Shown in pieces: positions 17,298 through 21,589 of a stretch of 21,589 nucleotides of DNA. How positions within the stretch are numbered: position 1 is the stretch's first letter; the number at the start of each line of letters is the position of its first letter. The DNA comes from an uncultured archaeon (GTDB taxonomy: Archaea > Asgardarchaeota > Jordiarchaeia > Jordiarchaeales > Jordiarchaeaceae), in contig CAZECW010000047.1 in NCBI GenBank assembly GCA_964510585.1, positions 1 through 21,589 of the forward strand, written 5' to 3'. Position numbers and translations under genes: made by a program. The notes under the pieces are model-generated. The model had not been told where the DNA came from and ran no database searches. It saw only the letters and a program-made list of their open reading frames with translations.

Positions 17298-17801
17298 TTA
17301 TTTTACCTCGACTTCAAACTCGTCGGATTCCAGCGGTTCCTTAAACTTTACTCTAACTTCAAGGATTCCGTTCTTGTACTCTGCACTGGCTGATTTGGGG
17401 TCGATTTCCCGCTCTGTGTCCAATTCCTTGTAGTACTTTTTCTTTTCTGACTCTGCAGATATGGTCACTTTCCTCTTTGTGGCCTTGACTTTGATGTTTT
17501 CCTTGGAGACTCCCGGCAGTTCTGCAACTATTATCAGGATTCCGGCTTCCTTGTCTATGTGGGTTTCCGTGTATGGGGTCTGCACTGCTCCGTCAACTTG
17601 TTCGCCCCTGTTGGGGTTTGTGTTTCCGAACTCTGTGATTACTGGTTTGGCGTCTTGGTCTATGTGGATTGAGACGCCGTAGTGTAGTGGTGTTTCTTCG
17701 GTGTCTGGTTCGATCGCTGTTCTGAATAGGCGGTCGAATATGAACTCTTGTTCTCTTAATGTTTTTCTTAGTTCCTTGAAGATGTCGTCGAATCCGTTCA
17801 T
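17298..17801 (-). CDS. hsp20: Archaeal small heat-shock protein Hsp20 (~167 aa)
   Basis: Alpha-crystallin motifs AELPGVSKENI and AEYKNGILEV, plus the archaeal 'YGVSIHI..KPVITEFGN' segment. ATG 17801 with GAGGTG SD is preferred over the ORF-track start at 17810. Confidence 0.95.
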   Translation of the reverse strand: MNGFDDIFKELRKTLREQEFIFDRLFRTAIEPDTEETPLHYGVSIHIDQDAKPVITEFGNTNPNRGEQVDGAVQTPYTETHIDKEAGILIIVAELPGVSKENIKVKATKRKVTISAESEKKKYYKELDTEREIDPKSASAEYKNGILEVRVKFKEPLESDEFEVEVK

Positions 17802-17845
17802 GTTTAACACCTCGCTGGTGTTTTATTCAATGTAGTAAACTTTAT

Positions 17846-17868
17846 GTATTATACATTATGTATAATAC
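17846..17868. promoter_or_regulatory. Perfect 11-1-11 inverted repeat; candidate heat-shock operator
   Basis: GTATTATACAT-T-ATGTATAATAC lies between the TATA box (17894-17901) and the hsp20 SD, at or just downstream of the expected transcription start. Confidence 0.7.
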
Positions 17869-17893
17869 CTGAAATATAAATGAACAAAAACCC

Positions 17894-17908
17894 TATTTAA
17901 ATCTTTCG
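17894..17908 (-). promoter_or_regulatory. BRE-TATA promoter of hsp20(-cdc48)
   Basis: The minus strand reads CGAAAGA-TTTAAATA, a canonical archaeal BRE plus TATA. Confidence 0.65.
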
Positions 17909-18296
17909 CACAATGATTTGGAGACCTTGCTTTGATTATGTGGTTCGCCTTTTTCCAAGCAGTTTAGGGCAACCTGAGCCCTTGTCCTTTTAGGCTCTAA
18001 ATTTGGAAAAGAAACATTATAATCCACCTTCCGCACCCTTGGTTTATCTTTTTCTATTTTTGCGGAATTAAGTCTATACGGGGAATGATGAACTTCATCA
18101 AAAAATTTTCGGAAATCTCCAAACCCCCGCAAGAAACATGAGAGAAAATTGGTAAAAACAAAAAAATACCAAAAAATTCATAGAGGATTCGAAATGTGGG
18201 TTCCAATATATAAAAACAATATTATTAATTATCCTTTTTAAAACAAAGGGAACGGAAGGTGATAATTCATCAGGTGGTGATCTAATATAATATTTT

Positions 18297-18809
18297 TCAA
18301 AAGCTGTCTAATGCTTTGATTATTTTGGTATAAAGTTCGGTGGAGCACCTCCACCCTTCCCTGATCATTTCATTTAGCTTATCTATAAATTCTTCCTTTG
18401 TTATTATTGCCTTCCTAAGAAAGCAAAACAATAAATAGATTGTTCCATGATTAGGTATTCTCTCTAGGTCAGCCATCGCACGGGATTCCTCATCATCCAT
18501 TAATGCGATTGCGTGTAACTCTTTGGCTAAACTTAGTACTTCAGCATCCGCACAATGTATCTTAGGATTTTCCAAAAGGTGTTTAGTAAATCCGTCATCG
18601 GATGGCGACTTGATTTTAATCACATTTTCTCTTATAAGTTTATCAACCTTAAATGCATCAGCCACCCCTAACTCTTTTCCCTTAGTTACAACCTCGTCAT
18701 AAACCGACTGGGGAATATACTTCTTCTCTGGAAGTTCTTTAATATGTTCTATGAGGCTTACTTTAGATAGGTAGATTAGAGGTGAAGCATTGAAAACTAG
18801 AGTGGCCAC
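18297..18809 (-). CDS. PIN-domain protein (DUF3368/COG2405), putative TA toxin
   Basis: LVFNASPLIYL, IPQSVYDEV, ADAEVLSLA, ALMDD and HGTIYLL follow the DUF3368 PIN pattern; the GTG start overlaps the antitoxin TAG by 1 nt (TAGTG). Confidence 0.88.
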   Translation of the reverse strand: MATLVFNASPLIYLSKVSLIEHIKELPEKKYIPQSVYDEVVTKGKELGVADAFKVDKLIRENVIKIKSPSDDGFTKHLLENPKIHCADAEVLSLAKELHAIALMDDEESRAMADLERIPNHGTIYLLFCFLRKAIITKEEFIDKLNEMIREGWRCSTELYTKIIKALDSF

Positions 18810-19111
18810 TATGGAGCCTTCTTTATGTCTTCTTCAATCATTTTTTCGGATTTTATCCAGACCACATCTTCCTTCCTGACTAAATCCGCAAACTCCCACA
18901 CAGACATACCAGCAATTTCCGCCGCTTTAACATAAGACACTCTCCCCTCCCTTAACAGCTTCAAGGCTCTTCCTTCCTTCCATCTTTTCAACCCTTCAGC
19001 CAATAGTTTCCTAATAGAGGCGGATTTTTCTAAAGACTCCTCACGCATAAACATTTCCAAGTCACGTGCCATCTCTTTAGGGATCCTGGAAGAAATAGTT
19101 ATTTCAGTCAT
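18809..19111 (-). CDS. UPF0175-family antitoxin (RHH-like N-terminus plus HTH), 100 aa
   Basis: Starts MTEITISSRIPKE at ATG 19111 with GGTGGA SD; the ORF-track extension to 19207 is unlikely. 'ALKLLREGRVSYVKAAEIAGMSVWEF' is the UPF0175 signature. Confidence 0.88.
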   Translation of the reverse strand: MTEITISSRIPKEMARDLEMFMREESLEKSASIRKLLAEGLKRWKEGRALKLLREGRVSYVKAAEIAGMSVWEFADLVRKEDVVWIKSEKMIEEDIKKAP

Positions 19112-19123
19112 TATTTTTCCACC

Positions 19124-19138
19124 GTATATAATGTATAC
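19124..19138. promoter_or_regulatory. GTATA-N5-TATAC inverted repeat at the TA promoter
   Basis: GTATATAATGTATAC lies between a TATA-like element (minus-strand AAAAATATTTATG, about 19146-19158) and the antitoxin SD; this is a typical position for an autoregulatory operator. Confidence 0.45.
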
Positions 19139-19666
19139 TATGCAAACATAAATATTTTTGTATTCCCCCCTATTAATGGGTATCTGGTAAGAGCTGAATA
19201 GTCTCATAAAATCTGCGAGTTACACATTTCTCATTATTCAAATATAACTCATAAATTTCTCAAGATTGGGGATTCTTTAAACCTTTTCAACCCCTATGAA
19301 TCCCATTAACGTGTTCGATTGGCTTCTTTTTCCCCTATTCTGTTACCATTTGCTTTCAAAATCCACACTTTGCATTTTTTTCTCAAACCAACTTAAAGGT
19401 TTAGATACAAGCACCACTCAACGGGGAGGCGTCGATACAAAAAAGGTTCTATAAGAGAATCAAAGGAGAGAATAGTAGACCAAAAAAGGGAATAAAAACA
19501 TTCAACGTTCGTCAAAGCACCTTCAAAGATTCAATTTAGTTGTTACTTGTCGGGTCATCCCCTAAAGTTTTAGGTTTGTTATCTCTGCTTAAATAAGAGA
19601 TAATTATACGGAAAAAGATACGAAGAAGCAATTAAATATCAAGCCAAAAAAATTTATACTTCGGGC

Positions 19667-19894
19667 TCAAAGCAGTTTTACGAACTCAACAATGGTCAGT
19701 CCGGCTTCGTTTATTATCGCTTTTAGGGTTCCCTTCGCTATCTCCTTATGCCTTGGAATAGTCAGTCTCCTATGCGGAGGATCCTTGTACCTAAAGAATC
19801 ATGTGATTTCCTGTTTGATGGTCAAATGCGTATCCTAGTTTAGCTAAGTGCCTTTACAACCTCTTTGTCCTGAAACAACTGGAAGCTTAGACAT
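19667..19894 (-). pseudogene. hicA: hicA toxin gene with three +1 frameshifts (absent from ORF track)
   Basis: Removing one base each near 19864, about 19845 and 19793 gives a 74-aa HicA: MSKLPVVSGQEVVKAL(A/S)KLGYAFDHQTGNHMILRYKDPPHRRLTIPRHKEIAKGTLKAIINEAGLTIVEFVKLL*, with the G-x-H motif and the GTL..I motif. Confidence 0.85.
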
Positions 19895-19977
19895 TCAAAT
19901 CAACACACTCTTCCTCAATGCTTGGAGGTACTTGGTTCTCCATGTTTCCTCAAACTGTCAATGTAAAAAGTTATTGC
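19887..19977 (-). pseudogene. hicB: 3' remnant of a short hicB antitoxin gene with one +1 frameshift
   Basis: Removing one base at about 19932 gives AITFYIDSLRKHGEPVPPSIEEECVDLNV*, resembling the HicB C-terminal part (EAI..yle.l...g.p+P). Its stop overlaps the hicA start; the 5' part is missing. Confidence 0.65.
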
Positions 19978-20374
19978 GAAAGTATGTAGTGAATGTCTCG
20001 AGGCGGGTTATAATTTTGAACGATAAAAAGGAAAAACTTTAATTAAAAGTCGGATTGTCAAGGTTCATTGAATTATACTCATTTGATTTCATTTATTTTC
20101 TTTACATAATGCTCTTCAAGAAAGCCTTACGGTTTTAGCCGTGGAATGAATTGTCGAACGGGTTTAAATAAGAATTTTGGATGAAGCGTTTTTATGTGGA
20201 TGGCCTGCTAAAGAGGCTGAAATGAGTAAGGCTCCTATCCGAAACTGGGAAAACTGGGGCTCAAGCAAATAGGGCTTGTTTTTTGGAAAAAAGTCCTAAG
20301 AAAAATATTTTTAGTAGAACTTTTGGGTTGAAAGAGAGGTGAAATACTGACAATTGTGGACAGGGCAACGCCCC

Positions 20375-20420
20375 CGAAAAAATTTTATGGAAAAATTGTC
20401 ATCAAGTATTTAGGGGTGAG
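20375..20420 (+). promoter_or_regulatory. BRE-TATA and SD of the surface-protein gene
   Basis: CGAAAAAA-TTTTATG at about 20375-20389; GGGGTGAG SD at 20413-20420, 8 nt before GTG 20429. Confidence 0.5.
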
Positions 20421-20428
20421 AAAAAAGA

Positions 20429-21553
20429 GTGAGGAAGAAAGCGAAAATTGGCAAACTTCTTATAGCAGTTGCCGTAATTGCCCTGCTGTCGGCATTCTGC
20501 GCCTCTGCCAAAACCGCGGCAATACCAGTTCCCATACAAGCAAAGCTCTCAGGCGAGCCCCCCACCTTCAGCCTAGACGAGAGGTGGACTTATAACTACA
20601 CCTTTACAAACATGACAAGTTCGGACAGGGCTCAAACCACAATATACGCCAACACCACAGGCTCCCCCACAAGGACAAATGATTACTATGGCGGCATGAG
20701 GGATTGTTATGTCTTGTGGTTCCGTCCAGTAGATCCGCATAGCACTCTGATCCTTCTAAATATTCTTTCCAACATTGGAATCACTGACTTGAATGTATCT
20801 GACATTGTCGGCTTGGGTAATTCCAGCGTGTTAAAACTATACCTCAGTATAAATACTTATCTTGGGGAATACAATTTTTCATGGATAAAGTCTGAGTGGA
20901 ATGTGAACTATGATGCCGGCGGTAAGAAGCTAAACGCATCATTGACGATCTTTCTAAACGTTACATGCTCGCATTCCATTTTTAACTTCACCCTATACCA
21001 AGGTAAAACATTTGGAAACTACACTGAAGCCCTTAACATTAAACTACGTGGATATGTTTATTATTATAATGGCACATGGAACAATCTATCTCATTATATT
21101 GGTTCATTTGATAATTTGAACTTTAGCTTTCCGGACACCTATCTCTTCTACCCTGCTTTCAGTGTCGAGGGCATAGAGATGGTGAATGTTTCAGCGGGTA
21201 CATTTGAGTGTTGGAGGATAGCTGTTCTAAACGCAACAAACCCAAGTGAGAATATTGGCTACTATTGGTATTCTCCCGCCGCCAAAAATTATGTGAAGAT
21301 GAATGTGACCGGTGCTGACTCATCCAACAATAGGTGTAACATATATGTTGAGTTAACAGGCAAATCTACCGGTACGCCTTTTCCCGGAATTATGTGGGGG
21401 TTACTCATGTTTCTGCTTCTTCCATATTTGGCCGTATCCAACATATTTCAGCAACAGCAGATGAGCAGAATGCTTCTCGTTGGTGTTGCTGTCCTCTTGA
21501 TAGTGGCTGCGGTAGTGGGAGTCATCGTTGCCACACGCCGCAAACAAAAATAA
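20429..21553 (+). CDS. Secreted, C-terminally membrane-anchored cell-surface glycoprotein (374 aa)
   Basis: Signal peptide MRKKAKIGKLLIAVAVIALLSAFCASA; 16 N-x-S/T sequons counted (excluding N-P-S); 'VSAGTFECWRI' motif; two C-terminal hydrophobic helices and a basic tail RRKQK. Confidence 0.85.
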   Translation: MRKKAKIGKLLIAVAVIALLSAFCASAKTAAIPVPIQAKLSGEPPTFSLDERWTYNYTFTNMTSSDRAQTTIYANTTGSPTRTNDYYGGMRDCYVLWFRPVDPHSTLILLNILSNIGITDLNVSDIVGLGNSSVLKLYLSINTYLGEYNFSWIKSEWNVNYDAGGKKLNASLTIFLNVTCSHSIFNFTLYQGKTFGNYTEALNIKLRGYVYYYNGTWNNLSHYIGSFDNLNFSFPDTYLFYPAFSVEGIEMVNVSAGTFECWRIAVLNATNPSENIGYYWYSPAAKNYVKMNVTGADSSNNRCNIYVELTGKSTGTPFPGIMWGLLMFLLLPYLAVSNIFQQQQMSRMLLVGVAVLLIVAAVVGVIVATRRKQK

Positions 21554-21572
21554 ATGACCATTCCCTCTACCC

Positions 21573-21589
21573 TTTTTTCTTTTTATTTT
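21573..21589 (+). terminator. Oligo-T terminator
   Basis: TTTTTTCTTTTTATTTT about 20 nt after the stop at 21553. Confidence 0.55.

Noticed and set aside
15118-17393. Plus-strand ORFs opposite cdc48 (e.g. 15542..16456, 304 aa; 16574..16840; 16898..17215)
   Set aside because: Antisense shadows of a strongly conserved gene; Ser/Leu-rich, non-protein-like composition.
17846-17868. Resemblance of ATACATTAT to the loxP spacer/arm (also at 19124-19138)
   Set aside because: The ATAACTTCGTATA arms are absent; the position at native promoters fits operators better than a cloning scar.
17893-18132. 79-aa minus-strand ORF (TTG start)
   Set aside because: No SD or known motif, and its 3' end runs into the hsp20 TATA box. 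It could be a remnant but this cannot be supported.
1-21589. CRISPR array, rRNA, tRNA, IS/transposase or integrase
   Set aside because: No regularly spaced direct repeats, RNA gene signatures, or DDE, HUH or tyrosine-recombinase motifs were seen.

Overview
Archaeal genomic DNA, judged from BRE/TATA promoters, GGTG/GGAG ribosome-binding sites, VAT-type Cdc48, archaeal Hsp20 and a Phr/HSR1-like regulator. An Asgard or TACK lineage is plausible but cannot be established from the sequence alone. The core is a protein-quality-control locus. A heat-shock unit hsp20-cdc48-Phr/HSR1-like regulator (minus strand) sits behind a perfect 23-bp palindromic operator. It is followed on the same strand by a 1371-aa protein made of an N-terminal GCS2/YbdK-like carboxylate-amine ligase domain, predicted beta-sandwich domains and a ~200-aa basic disordered linker. 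That gene converges tail-to-tail on a gene fusing a Cdc48-N-like domain to a MIDAS-intact vWA domain. To the left are a divergent amidohydrolase, a 93-aa beta-rich protein, a long coiled-coil protein, a Cys-rich hypothetical protein and a partial HEAT-repeat gene. Accessory elements are an AbiEi/AbiEii type IV TA pair embedded in decayed DNA (including a sufC fragment), a UPF0175/DUF3368-PIN TA pair, a hicB/hicA remnant with four single-base insertions that the ORF track misses, and a heavily N-glycosylatable membrane-anchored surface protein. The most interesting hypothesis, which is inference and untested, is that the ligase, the Cdc48N-vWA protein, Cdc48 and possibly the amidohydrolase form a Pup-like protein-tagging and unfolding system. 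No rRNA, tRNA, CRISPR array, transposase or integrase was recognised. All family assignments come from motif reading; no database search was run.
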